Notes under the pieces: model-generated
Told to the model about the DNA's origin: nothing
The model's database searches: none
The model's input: the letters and a program-made list of their open reading frames with translations, nothing else
Origin: Fibrobacteria bacterium
GTDB taxonomy: Bacteria; Fibrobacterota; Fibrobacteria; UBA11236
Reading direction: 5' to 3'
DNA: 64,000 nucleotides
NCBI GenBank assembly: GCA_043732185.1
Contig: JAYTHY010000046.1
Span: 1-64,000 of the forward strand
In this document: positions 18,945 through 28,254 of the stretch, piece after piece
Layout: each line of letters starts with the position of its first letter
How positions within the stretch are numbered: the first letter of the stretch is position 1
Made by a program: the position numbers and the translations under genes

Positions 18945-19535
18945 ATGAAAAAGACAATCCCTTTCATAATTGTCGCCGGAATAGGCGTATTCGGATGCAG
19001 TCAAAAATCAGAACGCGAGAAAGAATCCACTTCTATGTCGGCCCAGGAATCAACCAGGCCCAAACCGGCCTTTGCTGCCCCGGACTCATTCAAAGTGGGG
19101 CTCGGAAAGGTTTTTGAAGGCTATACCAATATCGAATCCGCCTTGGCGCATGATAACTTCGCCCAGGCCAAAGATGCATTCCAATCCATGCATACCATAT
19201 TGCACATTCTCCAAACCGACGGTCTGGATAGTTCCGGCAAAGTTTACTGGGATTCTCTGGATGGGGCCATTATGGGAGTTCTTCATCCCATGGCCGCTGC
19301 GGAAAACATCTCGGGAATGCGCGATCACTTCATCGATTTCACGCCGCTGATTCTGGATGCGGTTGAGAAATTCGGAGCGTCATCCGAAATCCAAGCCTAC
19401 CTATTCCATTGCCCTATGGCCAGGAATAAAAAAGGAGCAGATTGGCTTCAACGCGATACCGTGCTGTTAAACCCCTACTATGGGAATTCGATGCCCACCT
19501 GCGGGGCGCTTGTGAGAGAGGTAAAATTCCACTAG
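18945..19535 (+). CDS. DUF3347-type lipoprotein (found with Cus/Czc systems)
   Basis: Lipobox VFGC; Y..I..ALA.D, HCPMA....GA.WLQ.....NPYYG..M..CG. Confidence 0.85.
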   Translation: MKKTIPFIIVAGIGVFGCSQKSEREKESTSMSAQESTRPKPAFAAPDSFKVGLGKVFEGYTNIESALAHDNFAQAKDAFQSMHTILHILQTDGLDSSGKVYWDSLDGAIMGVLHPMAAAENISGMRDHFIDFTPLILDAVEKFGASSEIQAYLFHCPMARNKKGADWLQRDTVLLNPYYGNSMPTCGALVREVKFH

Positions 19536-19616
19536 CGCCCCTATTTCCAGATTTGACTAGGTATCATCTTTTAGGGTCTCTCCACCGAATTTCATTCACA
19601 CGAAAGGTGTACAAAA

Positions 19617-20141
19617 ATGAATTACTCGAAAATAGTATCCAAAATATCCCTGCTCCTATTCTCTTTCATTTTGCGAAGAGCTGCATTCATCCGTATCCTC
19701 AAGAGTCTCATATTCACCGGAATTGCATTAACCAGCGCATCTCTGATATCGTGCGCTCAATCATCACCAGGAAATCGCGACTCCGGTGAAACGAATTCTT
19801 CGACTCTGAATAATTCAGGAGAAATCCAAGGCGTTCTTCATGAGTTTCAGCTAAGGCTCGATTCAGTAAGGTCGGCGATCGACAGCAATGACCTAAACAA
19901 GATTCATGGACAGGCCGAAAACCTCATCCACTGTAAAAAAGCGATCGGGGGTCTGTATTCCTCGAAAAATGCCTGGGAACGAAATAAAGTCAAGAGCTAT
20001 TTACACGACATCGATCTTAGCCTTTACTGGCTGCATCAATATGCCGATTCAAGGGATAGAGCAGCTTCAAATAAAATATTTAATTCGCTCAAATTGGAAT
20101 TTGAAGCCTTACAGAATTTCTTAGCTCCAAGAATTAAATGA
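19617..20141 (+). CDS. Helical His-containing putative lipoprotein
   Basis: Lipobox-like LISC; aligns by eye with 13409..13879. Confidence 0.6.
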   Translation: MNYSKIVSKISLLLFSFILRRAAFIRILKSLIFTGIALTSASLISCAQSSPGNRDSGETNSSTLNNSGEIQGVLHEFQLRLDSVRSAIDSNDLNKIHGQAENLIHCKKAIGGLYSSKNAWERNKVKSYLHDIDLSLYWLHQYADSRDRAASNKIFNSLKLEFEALQNFLAPRIK

Positions 20142-20263
20142 ATTAGGTATCACAAAGGGAGGACTTTTACAGCGTGAGACAACCTTTTCCAGGAGTGAAT
20201 GTTTTGGAACCAAAGAAGCCGCGCTTGACTCCCCGCCCAATTCGACATGTCCCTGGCCCTCCC

Positions 20264-20620
20264 ATGGAAAAGACGCAAGCAGAAGGGCAAAGCATTTTCA
20301 AATACCGCGACTATCGCGAATTCATCCGCGACTTCTACACCTCAAGAAAAGCGAAGGATCCGAAATTTTCTTTTCGCAAGATGGCAATACTCCTAAGCCT
20401 CCCCAGTCATGGCCATATTATATTCCTAATAGACGGCGCAAGAAATGCGGGCACTAAATCTTTCGCGAAAATGATTCGCGGCTTTGGTTTCTCAGGGAAA
20501 GAAATCCCTTATTTTGAAAACCTGGTAATGTTTAACCAGGCAACCTCAAACCAGGAAAAAATGTTCTATAAAGGGCGTCTTACGGAGCTATTAGGAAAAA
20601 AGCCTTTGCGAACAAATTAA
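20264..20620 (+). CDS. TIGR02147-like protein, N-terminal domain only
   Basis: IFKYRDYREFIRDFY..RK...PKFSFR, ..G.RN, YFENLV.FNQA motifs; much shorter than typical family members. Start uncertain (20174 or 20264). Confidence 0.75.
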   Translation: MEKTQAEGQSIFKYRDYREFIRDFYTSRKAKDPKFSFRKMAILLSLPSHGHIIFLIDGARNAGTKSFAKMIRGFGFSGKEIPYFENLVMFNQATSNQEKMFYKGRLTELLGKKPLRTN

Positions 20621-20683
20621 GTGGTAGGGTCGCACGTGCCCCCTTTCTGCTCCCGAAAGGAATTTGATTGCTATTATTGCGTC

Positions 20684-21934
20684 ATGCCAGACCTATTCCA
20701 AAGTTTGATTTCACGATACAAGTCCGATCCCGAATCCGTATACCATACGTGGTTTCTTAATAGCGGAGAAAGACTCAAGGCTTTCCGTTCCGTTCGGCTT
20801 GGTGTCGCGCAAGTTATCTCGGACATCCAGACTGGGAAATTCGGAAATGATTTCAAAGGCTCTTCGCTGGAGTTCGTTCTCAACTGCATTACCGAACAGA
20901 AGCAGGTTTTTGAAGGGGCCGCGCATCCATTTTATTGGAAACCGAAGTTGCGTATTCCCGATATCTATGAGAATCAACCCAACAAAATTGCGTTCGGACA
21001 ATTTCTCGAAAAGTGCCTGAACGCGACCAAGGAGGAACAAATACTGAAGGAGATCGCGCACTTAGACGATCTCTCCATCAAGGGCCTGGGCCCGGCGGTC
21101 GCCAGTATCCTGTATTTTCTTCATCCAACCCTCATTCCCCCGTGTAACACCGCCATCGTCAACGGTTTCAATACTCTATTCGGAGAAAAAAGGAAACTGG
21201 GTTCCTGGCAGGAATATTTGAAGATGCGGGAAACCATCCTAGCCAGGAACAGCGAATGGAAATCGGAACTGTCCAACGATCTAGGCGCAATCGGTGGATT
21301 CCTGTTCGATGTAGGCGTTAAAAAAATCGTTCCCGATGAAATCCAAAATCTCACCGCCGAAGAAAAAGAAAAAATCGATTCCCTGGTTGGAAAAAGACGG
21401 AAGGACATTCGTACGGAAAGAGAGGAAGAAGGTTTGCATTCCGAAATGCAGTACCATCTTCTCAAGATCGGCAAAGCGCTGGGATATGATGTAATTAGCG
21501 CCGTAAATGACCGCTCCCGTCAGCATCAGGGGAATCTTTTCTCCTTTGTATCACTTCAACATTTTCCCGTTTTGCCCGTGGATGAAGATGTCTTATCCAC
21601 AATCAAGCTTGTCGATGTGCTCTGGTTTGAGAAAGGAACTTCGAAAATCGTGTGCGGGTTCGAGGTAGAAAAGAGCACGTCTATATACTCCGGAATCTTA
21701 CGATTGAGTGATTTATTTTTCTCCCTTCCGGACCACCAAACCAAACTTTTCCTGGTGGTTCCCAATCAAAGGGAAACCGAAGTCATAATGCAACTGGGGC
21801 GACCGTCGATTAAAATCCATGCCACCAGCATTCAATACATCCTTTTCTCAGAACTCCGGGATAATTGCGACGCCTTATGCCGGTTCGGTGAAAATCATGC
21901 GATCATGAGTAAAATTGCCAAAAAAATCACATGA
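20684..21934 (+). CDS. Orphan restriction-endonuclease-like protein (HhH-like N-domain plus PD-(D/E)XK C-domain)
   Basis: IKGLGPAVASILYFLHP; VDVLW...FEVEKSTSIYSGILRL.DL; no adjacent methyltransferase. Confidence 0.7.
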   Translation: MPDLFQSLISRYKSDPESVYHTWFLNSGERLKAFRSVRLGVAQVISDIQTGKFGNDFKGSSLEFVLNCITEQKQVFEGAAHPFYWKPKLRIPDIYENQPNKIAFGQFLEKCLNATKEEQILKEIAHLDDLSIKGLGPAVASILYFLHPTLIPPCNTAIVNGFNTLFGEKRKLGSWQEYLKMRETILARNSEWKSELSNDLGAIGGFLFDVGVKKIVPDEIQNLTAEEKEKIDSLVGKRRKDIRTEREEEGLHSEMQYHLLKIGKALGYDVISAVNDRSRQHQGNLFSFVSLQHFPVLPVDEDVLSTIKLVDVLWFEKGTSKIVCGFEVEKSTSIYSGILRLSDLFFSLPDHQTKLFLVVPNQRETEVIMQLGRPSIKIHATSIQYILFSELRDNCDALCRFGENHAIMSKIAKKIT

Positions 21935-22168
21935 CCTCGCTTTACGCTGAACCAATCCCGTGTGACACAAATACTCATAGCCGCTTGAGCACTTGAACCG
22001 AAGCTCCCCCTTCCAAGCATTCAATTTTTTCATGGAGACTGAAAAATAATCCCGGGGTTGTCTTATAGACAACCAATTTCCTGCCAACTCCGCCCTTCTT
22101 TCCGGAACAGCCATAGATTCAACTCTTGAGATCCTGCCATCCGAGGGTTTCTCCTTCGTTAACGTCTC

Positions 22169-23917
22169 ATGGCTTGCTACGAACAAGACTTGATAATGTC
22201 AAAATCCCAACTGGGAGCAAGAAAGAACAGAATGCCGGCAGCCGAAAAAACTTTTATTGGAATGTCCCTTTTTCTCCCATCTCGGATTGACTTAGGATTT
22301 CTCTATCTGGTCCTACTTTCGACTCCAAACCCGACCTGGTCGCACGGCGCGGATGCTGCCGCTGCGGCCCATCCCGCCCATATCGGTTCAGGAGTGGATA
22401 TGATGGAACCGGATGATTCATTGAAAATCGCTGTGGACATGTTCGGATACCTCGCAAACTCCTGGACTTCCACGCTTGGAGTAGGGACGCCTCTTGGAGC
22501 GGGAGGCAAAGGCCCGCAGTATTACAATCAATGGCTTTACAAGAACGGCCCTTTTGATCGACCACATCTCGAAAAACCGGACCTTCGGCCGGGATATGAA
22601 GACTTTTCCTATGTGCCCACGTGGCAGCCGGATCAGTTGGAACTGCGGACCCAATACCGTTTTCTTCCCCGTATGTGGGGATCGATTTCCCTCGGATATG
22701 ATGCCGACCCGATCAATACCGAATCTGAAGACGCCCTCCACGCTCCGACCCTCGAAGAGCTGCTTCTGAAGTGGGCGCCGGAAGGCACACCCGGATTGGC
22801 GTTCAGCTTCGGTCAGCAAACCATTGCCGGATCTTATAGTCCGATATTTGATCATTTCACATTGATTCACTCCGAGTTCGCCGGGCTTACGGCCACTTAC
22901 GAACGCGAATCTTCCAGCGGCGTAAAAATGGAAGGGACGGCGGCCGTGGGCCAAGAAGGCGTTGGTCGATTGAAAAAGCCTGTTCAATCAAATTCAAACG
23001 ATGTCGGCGATCCCGGAACCGCAATGTATACAGATGGCATCCGCTCACGCAATCATTTCCAGGCCAACATTCGGCTCACCTCTCCCGGAGGATTCTACCT
23101 GGGCTTCCTGGGCGAATACCAGAGCTTACCTGAAGACAGCACGGTCATGGTCCCTCTGGCCGCCACCTTATTCAGATACCATTGGCGTAGGAGCCGGGGT
23201 TGGCAGGCCGGCGGTGAATGCGGATATGTCGGTAAGATCTGGGAACATCATTTTACCGTAAGTCATGGCGAAGGCGATGTGAACATGGCATGGAGCGGTC
23301 CTGACGCCATTTCCCTGCCCAGCAGGGTTCCTCCGGATGTGGAATGGACCAGAGAGGGTAGCGCGTTATCCCAGGCTATCTATTGGGGCGGATTCCATGA
23401 CGGGCGCTGGCGCATCGATGCCGGTGCTTGGACGCAGTGGCGCGACCCCGCAAAGGATGCGGGGTACTCCTACGCCACCGGAAAAACCGGACCGGACAGC
23501 ATTCTGCAACTGAAAGCGCAGGACTTCCGGGCCGCGAAGCTCGCATTGGAACCCTCTTTCAAGTGGAGAGGATTCATGACGCTCGGGCTTCGTTACGATT
23601 ACTTCCTTTATTTGGATCCATCAGCCCATGCCAATACCATAGAACCCCTTACCGATGCAGCGCTACGACCTGTTGAAGCCGTTTTACCAGATGGATCAAC
23701 GGCCCAAATGCAGGGACCCTCACAATGGGAGCGCGAAGCTGCCAACGCGCAAATCATTTCTCCCTTTGCGCAGATGGATCTGGGCGAAGACTTCCATGCC
23801 CGTGCAGGCTGGTCCGGAGCTTGGTATAGTAAAGGTGTGAACCGCCAGGGTTCCATTGGGGAATTCCATGCCAATGCCACTTTGGCGGCTTGGTTCACTT
23901 ACCGCTTTGACCAATAA
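22169..23917 (+). CDS. Putative outer-membrane beta-barrel protein
   Basis: Long ORF with alternating aromatic beta-strand pattern, terminal WFTYRF, signal-like segment followed by SHG...HPAH. True start probably downstream of 22169. Confidence 0.6.
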   Translation: MACYEQDLIMSKSQLGARKNRMPAAEKTFIGMSLFLPSRIDLGFLYLVLLSTPNPTWSHGADAAAAAHPAHIGSGVDMMEPDDSLKIAVDMFGYLANSWTSTLGVGTPLGAGGKGPQYYNQWLYKNGPFDRPHLEKPDLRPGYEDFSYVPTWQPDQLELRTQYRFLPRMWGSISLGYDADPINTESEDALHAPTLEELLLKWAPEGTPGLAFSFGQQTIAGSYSPIFDHFTLIHSEFAGLTATYERESSSGVKMEGTAAVGQEGVGRLKKPVQSNSNDVGDPGTAMYTDGIRSRNHFQANIRLTSPGGFYLGFLGEYQSLPEDSTVMVPLAATLFRYHWRRSRGWQAGGECGYVGKIWEHHFTVSHGEGDVNMAWSGPDAISLPSRVPPDVEWTREGSALSQAIYWGGFHDGRWRIDAGAWTQWRDPAKDAGYSYATGKTGPDSILQLKAQDFRAAKLALEPSFKWRGFMTLGLRYDYFLYLDPSAHANTIEPLTDAALRPVEAVLPDGSTAQMQGPSQWEREAANAQIISPFAQMDLGEDFHARAGWSGAWYSKGVNRQGSIGEFHANATLAAWFTYRFDQ

Positions 23918-24036
23918 GAACCGCAACACTTCTTCGCTTCGGGCAGGTTAAATCCTTAGCGACAAAGCCATTCCAGTGGAGGGCAAGAACGGCCTTCTCA
24001 GGATCGAAAACGTTAAACCTAAAACCTGCTTAGAGT

Positions 24037-24112
24037 ACCCGGCTAAACTAATGTTTCCTGGTGTCCACAAAGTGTCCACTTTTTGAGAGTAAGAGGGAGG
24101 ATTTCGGAGGGT
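24037..24112. repeat. att arm-like module 2 (paired GTGTCCAC at 24061 and 24072)
   Basis: ACCCGG.TAA, GTGTCCAC-N3-GTGTCCACTTTTT and GAGTA..AGGG.GG..TTCG blocks recur at 24425..24499. Confidence 0.8.
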
Positions 24113-24182
24113 GAGGGAAGCAAATGTGCCTCCCTCACCACCGGCCTATCGCCAAATCCTTTCGAATTTCAGCGATTAAAAG

Positions 24183-24222
24183 TGCACCCGGCAGGATTCG
24201 AACCTGCGACCAACGGTTTAAA
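24183..24222 (-). pseudogene. tRNA 3' half-fragment (probably tRNA-Arg), att-core-like
   Basis: Minus strand TAA-ACCGT-TGGTC-GCAGG-TTCGAAT-CCTGC-CGGGTGC-A has a T-arm and 3' acceptor strand but no 5' half. The implied GCACCCG acceptor is typical of Arg; identity not certain. Confidence 0.75.
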
Positions 24223-24424
24223 AATCCTATTCCACCCAATGGTTGGAATAGCGGTATTAGAACCTACAACTTTAGTTGCCTCCTCAATCCTGAACCACGA
24301 GGCATTGAAATGCAGGTTGAAGCGGCAAGTAGCTAATCAATTATTTAGGAGCAATTCCCTCCCTGCCTGACTTTGGAAAAGGTCAGCCTCCAGCCTTAAG
24401 TAAACCGAACAACCCGCCAGGGAC

Positions 24425-24499
24425 ACCCGGTTAATGTTGAACTGGGGGTGTCCACTTTGTGTCCACTTTTTCGGAGTAGAAGGGGGGGCTTCGTAGGGT
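24425..24499. repeat. att arm-like module 1 (paired GTGTCCAC at 24448 and 24459)
   Basis: Diverged direct repeat of 24037..24112, at a similar distance from a tRNA 3' end. Confidence 0.8.
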
Positions 24500-24575
24500 C
24501 TGATCTGACCCGAAACAAAAAGCCCCTCCGAAAATGACAGATTTCTCGCGAAATTAGGCATCCCGAAGGGGCTTA

Positions 24576-24651
24576 TGGAGCGGATTGCGGGACTCGAACC
24601 CGCGACCCTTTGCTTGGGAAGCAAAAGCTCTACCAACTGAGCTAAATCCGC
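24576..24651 (-). tRNA. tRNA-Gly(CCC)
   Basis: GCGGATTTAGCTCAGTTGGTAGAGC...TTTGC-TTCCCAA-GCAAA...GGTTCGAGTCC...AATCCGCTCCA; 76 nt with encoded CCA. Confidence 0.97.
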
Positions 24652-24889
24652 AAATCAAAACTTTTCAACAGAATCAATTTGAATGCCTAATATAGTGAGA
24701 TCCAATTTCTTTGGGAAGTGTGACAGTTGCCAGCCGACATTAACAATACCCGTGCACCTAGCGCCCATGCCGGTAAAGATATTGCACATAATAGCAGCAT
24801 AAAAATCCGAGGCACCTTTCCTGCCTCTAAAATTTCCAAAAACTGGGCAAGTTATTACTATTCAGCCAAACTTAGAGTTCGGGAAAATC

Positions 24890-25333
24890 ATGGAAACTAC
24901 TTTTGTAATTGTTAAACCAAATGGCGTCAAAAATGGTCTGATCGGCGAAATTATCGGCCGCTTTGAAATGGCTCGTTTGTCCGTATCGGCCCTTAAAATC
25001 AAAACCATCACCAAGTCTGAGGCGGAAGCCTTTTATGGGGAGCATAAGGAAAGAGGTTTCTTTCCTGAATTGGTAGCCTTTATGACTTCGGGCCCTTCGG
25101 TCTTGCTGGCCCTTTCCGGTGATAAAGCCGTGGAAAAGGTCCGTACCCTAAACGGCGCTACCAATCCCGCCAATGCAAGTCCCGGTACTATTCGCCACGA
25201 CTTTGCGCCCAACACCGGTGAAAATATTGTCCACTCTTCCGATTCTGTGCAAAGCGCGGAACGCGAAGTGGCTTTCTGGTTCGAAAAGACGGACCTCGTT
25301 TCCTACCCTGCGTATTCGCATATTCGTAACTAA
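24890..25333 (+). CDS. ndk: Nucleoside diphosphate kinase
   Basis: TFVIVKP.GV...LIGEII.RFE, FMTSGP, GATNP..A.PGTIR, N.VHSSDS. Confidence 0.97.
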   Translation: METTFVIVKPNGVKNGLIGEIIGRFEMARLSVSALKIKTITKSEAEAFYGEHKERGFFPELVAFMTSGPSVLLALSGDKAVEKVRTLNGATNPANASPGTIRHDFAPNTGENIVHSSDSVQSAEREVAFWFEKTDLVSYPAYSHIRN

Positions 25334-25369
25334 AGTCCCCGCCACCTGGGGCTGATTCAAGAGGACCGC

Positions 25370-25891
25370 TTGATACTGCCATTTGGTGACACAGAACCCC
25401 AGCTAGGTGCCAGAGTTTTTGTGGCCCCTTCTGCCGACCTAATCGGTCAAGTTGTTCTCGGCGACGACGCCTCAATTTTTTTCCAATGTGTTTTGCGCGG
25501 AGACATCAATTCCATTTCGGTGGGTGCGCGGTCGAATATTCAGGACCAAACTACCGTGCATGTGGCCAATGATCTGTCAGCCATACTCGGCGAGGATGTT
25601 TCCGTGGGACATGGGTGTATCATCCACGCCTGCACTGTTGGCAACCGTGTCCTAGTTGGCATGGGAAGCATTATTATGGATGGAACGGTAGTGGGAGAAG
25701 AGTGTTTGATTGCGGCAGGAAGCCTACTGCCTAAGGGCAAGATCTACCCGGCCGGTTCTCTGATCATGGGTAATCCGGGGCGCGTGATACGACCTTTGAC
25801 ACCGCAGGAAATCAGCGATATTCATAAACTGGCGGCAAAATATGTTCACGTAAAGGACGTGTATTTAAAGACCCGTACATGGCACGTCTAA
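25370..25891 (+). CDS. Gamma carbonic anhydrase family protein
   Basis: LRGDIN.I.VG..SNIQD...VH, GH..IIHAC hexapeptide repeats. Confidence 0.93.
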   Translation: MILPFGDTEPQLGARVFVAPSADLIGQVVLGDDASIFFQCVLRGDINSISVGARSNIQDQTTVHVANDLSAILGEDVSVGHGCIIHACTVGNRVLVGMGSIIMDGTVVGEECLIAAGSLLPKGKIYPAGSLIMGNPGRVIRPLTPQEISDIHKLAAKYVHVKDVYLKTRTWHV

Positions 25892-26478
25892 AGGCATTCA
25901 GTATTTTCTTGTTGGTACTGGTCGTTTTGGCCTGGGTCATCAATGCCTACATAGTGGTTAAAACCAAAGCCCACATGTTTTCGGATTTGGCCTCGATTCC
26001 CTACGTGGACGCCGTGATTGTCCCTGGAGCCAGTGTCTATCGCTCTGGGAAATTGTCCCCGGTCCTCCGCCAGCGCATGGAAGGCGCTATCAAATACCTA
26101 GCCATCCATAAAGGGACCAAACTGCTGTTGTCCGGCCATGCCGTACCAAGAGGTTACAATGAAACGGTTTCCATGTTGGAATATGCGCGTCGCAACGCGA
26201 TTCCGCCGGAGGATATTCTAGTTGACGAGAAGGGACGTTCCACCTATGTTACCCTGCTCAATTGCCGCAGAAATTTTTCTTTTCGCCGCATCTTGATCGT
26301 AAGCCAAGATTACCACCTTCCTCGTTCACTGTATATAGCCCAGAACTTGGGGTTCGAGGCTTCCGGACTGATTGTTGCAGAATCAGAATCCGCCATTCCT
26401 TTTAGGGAATATCTTGTACGACTTAAAGACTTCATACTGGTACGTATCGCAAAATGGTTTAACGCCAATGCAAAATAA
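25879..26478 (+). CDS. SanA/YdcF (DUF218) family protein
   Basis: N-terminal TM, IVPGA.V, LLLSG....YNE, IVSQDYHLPR, REYL.R.K. Confidence 0.9.
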   Translation: MARLKAFSIFLLVLVVLAWVINAYIVVKTKAHMFSDLASIPYVDAVIVPGASVYRSGKLSPVLRQRMEGAIKYLAIHKGTKLLLSGHAVPRGYNETVSMLEYARRNAIPPEDILVDEKGRSTYVTLLNCRRNFSFRRILIVSQDYHLPRSLYIAQNLGFEASGLIVAESESAIPFREYLVRLKDFILVRIAKWFNANAK

Positions 26479-27460
26479 TCGCTTGGCCATCGCTTTTTTA
26501 ATCAACCCAATTTCCGGAGGAGGAATTGGCGGAATTGTCTTTCATCAGCTTCCGCAAATTATGGAATCGTTTGGGTTTCAGAGCGGGGATTGGAAAGCGG
26601 AACTCACGGATTCTAATCGTTTGGCAGAGCAGACGGATGCGCTGCTAGCGTCTGCTCAAAAAGTTATTGCGGTGGGTGGCGATGGCACTATTGGCTTTGT
26701 ATTAAACAGGCTGCGCCTCATGGTCGTGGAAGATACGCAAATCGGCTTAATACCTTTGGGAACCGGGAACGATTTGGGACGCTGTCTGGGTGTATTCAGA
26801 ATTTACGATCAACGCGGACTGTTAGCCTGCGTCAAACGGCTACTCAAAGCGCAATGCACCGGGTTCGATTTATGGGAAATAAATGGAACGTTGACCATGG
26901 CCAGCTATCTTAGCCTGGGAATGGACGCTGCGGTATTGCACGATTTTGATGTAGCCCGTAAAGGCGGAAAAATACCTAAAGGTTCCTTTTTTAATCGGCT
27001 CTATTACGTAAGCGCTTTTTTGCGCAGAACAAATTACCGTATTCAGGCCAAGTGTAAAGTGCGTTTAATGACAGGATCGAAAGAGGAAATTCTCGATCTG
27101 GGTGATACGCTCTGTTGCTTAATTGGAAATATCAATTCCTATGCGGCCGGTGCCAAGCCTTTTCCATCGGCCCGTTTTGATGATTCCAAATTGGAAGTAG
27201 TAGTTTTCGACCGACTCTGGAAATTCGCCATGCTGGTTGTCTGTTCACGGATACTCCCGCGGTTCGGCCGTTACATGAAAAAATATGTCCAGGTCTATCA
27301 AGCCAATTCAGTGGAAATTTTCGGCGCTGAAGGAGAATTCGCCCAAATCGATGGAGAAGATATTACCAGCCTTGTCAAAACCTCTGGCGTGCTTGCCGTC
27401 AAGTCCGGTCGCCAAGTACAGCTACTGGATTTACGGAGTGCCTTCTTCAGTCTTTTTTAA
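26468..27460 (+). CDS. Diacylglycerol/lipid kinase family protein
   Basis: INPISGGG, VGGDGT, IPLGTGNDLGR, QIDGE. Confidence 0.92.
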   Translation: MQNNRLAIAFLINPISGGGIGGIVFHQLPQIMESFGFQSGDWKAELTDSNRLAEQTDALLASAQKVIAVGGDGTIGFVLNRLRLMVVEDTQIGLIPLGTGNDLGRCLGVFRIYDQRGLLACVKRLLKAQCTGFDLWEINGTLTMASYLSLGMDAAVLHDFDVARKGGKIPKGSFFNRLYYVSAFLRRTNYRIQAKCKVRLMTGSKEEILDLGDTLCCLIGNINSYAAGAKPFPSARFDDSKLEVVVFDRLWKFAMLVVCSRILPRFGRYMKKYVQVYQANSVEIFGAEGEFAQIDGEDITSLVKTSGVLAVKSGRQVQLLDLRSAFFSLF

Positions 27461-28247
27461 GGGCCAACAAAGTCTCCACATCATCGGTAACTAATCCCAT
27501 TACGCCCAGCTCACTCGCTTGGCGAAAGGGCTTCGCTCCGAAAACATCCCATATAAAAATATTTTCGGTCCTGATATTACCGGTGGTGGACAGGGTTTCA
27601 TCAATTAGGCTTTGGAAAAGTCCCCAGGATATGGAATAGAATTGGATGGCATTGGCTGTCTCCGCATCTTGCGCGGTGTACACGGATCTGAATCTGGAAT
27701 ACGAGTCAAAGATACCGCCGAGGAGCGGATACGCGTGTTGTTTGGCAAGCCGGCAAAGCAGGTCGGTAGTAAAGCTGCCTAAAAAAGTTTGCGCATGCGG
27801 GCGAGCCGCTTGAACCATGCGGGCAGAGGTCAGACCAAGTTTGTCCTGGTAATCGTGGTCGCTGTTTTTGGATTTTGGCACCTTCAGTTCCAAGTAAAAG
27901 GCGCGGTGGCCGAATTCCGACAGAAATTCTTCCAAACTGGGAATTCGATACTTCGCTTGTCGTTCACCGCCATCTTTGCTGGTGTAACTGTTTTTCAATT
28001 CCATGGAAAGGTCTTGCAATTCCTTCCAGGTCAAATCAGAGGCTGCATCGGAATTTCCAACCAATCGGAGACACTCATCGTCGTGAAAAATGAATGGTAT
28101 GCCGTCCCGAGAAAGCTGTACGTCAAACTCGACCATGTCACAGCCTGCCGCATAGGCGGCTCGGAAGGCTTCCATGGTATTTTCGATATGCCTGCGGTGG
28201 AATCCCCGATGGGCCACCTTGAGCGGTTCACGAAGCACGTTCGCCAT
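27447..28247 (-). CDS. glpQ: Glycerophosphodiester phosphodiesterase
   Basis: AHRG....ENTMEAF, EFDVQLSRDG....FHD, ELK; AGGAGG SD before ATG 28247. Confidence 0.9.
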   Translation of the reverse strand: MANVLREPLKVAHRGFHRRHIENTMEAFRAAYAAGCDMVEFDVQLSRDGIPFIFHDDECLRLVGNSDAASDLTWKELQDLSMELKNSYTSKDGGERQAKYRIPSLEEFLSEFGHRAFYLELKVPKSKNSDHDYQDKLGLTSARMVQAARPHAQTFLGSFTTDLLCRLAKQHAYPLLGGIFDSYSRFRSVYTAQDAETANAIQFYSISWGLFQSLIDETLSTTGNIRTENIFIWDVFGAKPFRQASELGVMGLVTDDVETLLALKKD

Positions 28248-28254
28248 ATAGGCG

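Larger units (their letters stand above)
1..24575. mobile_element. Genomic island (metal-resistance cargo) abutting the 3' end of tRNA-Gly; left boundary outside window
   Basis: Accessory gene content (RND metal pump, MCOs, IS630 relic, orphan nuclease) stops at the tRNA-Gly 3' end; att-like repeats and a tRNA fragment at 24037-24499; housekeeping genes start at 24890. No integrase in window. Confidence 0.7.

Noticed and set aside
24183..24260. Second intact tRNA (apparent TTT anticodon, Lys)
   Set aside because: No 5' acceptor strand, D-arm or 5' anticodon stem; only the 3' half is tRNA-like.
24083..24636. ORFs 24083..24370, 24124..24336 and 24337..24636
   Set aside because: They translate tRNA and att sequence (HPAGFEPAT, RVAGSSPAIRS are typical tRNA shadow peptides).
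24783..24796. Possible LexA box TGCAC-ATAA-TAGCA between tRNA-Gly and ndk
   Set aside because: One mismatch in a short motif and no obvious SOS gene adjacent.
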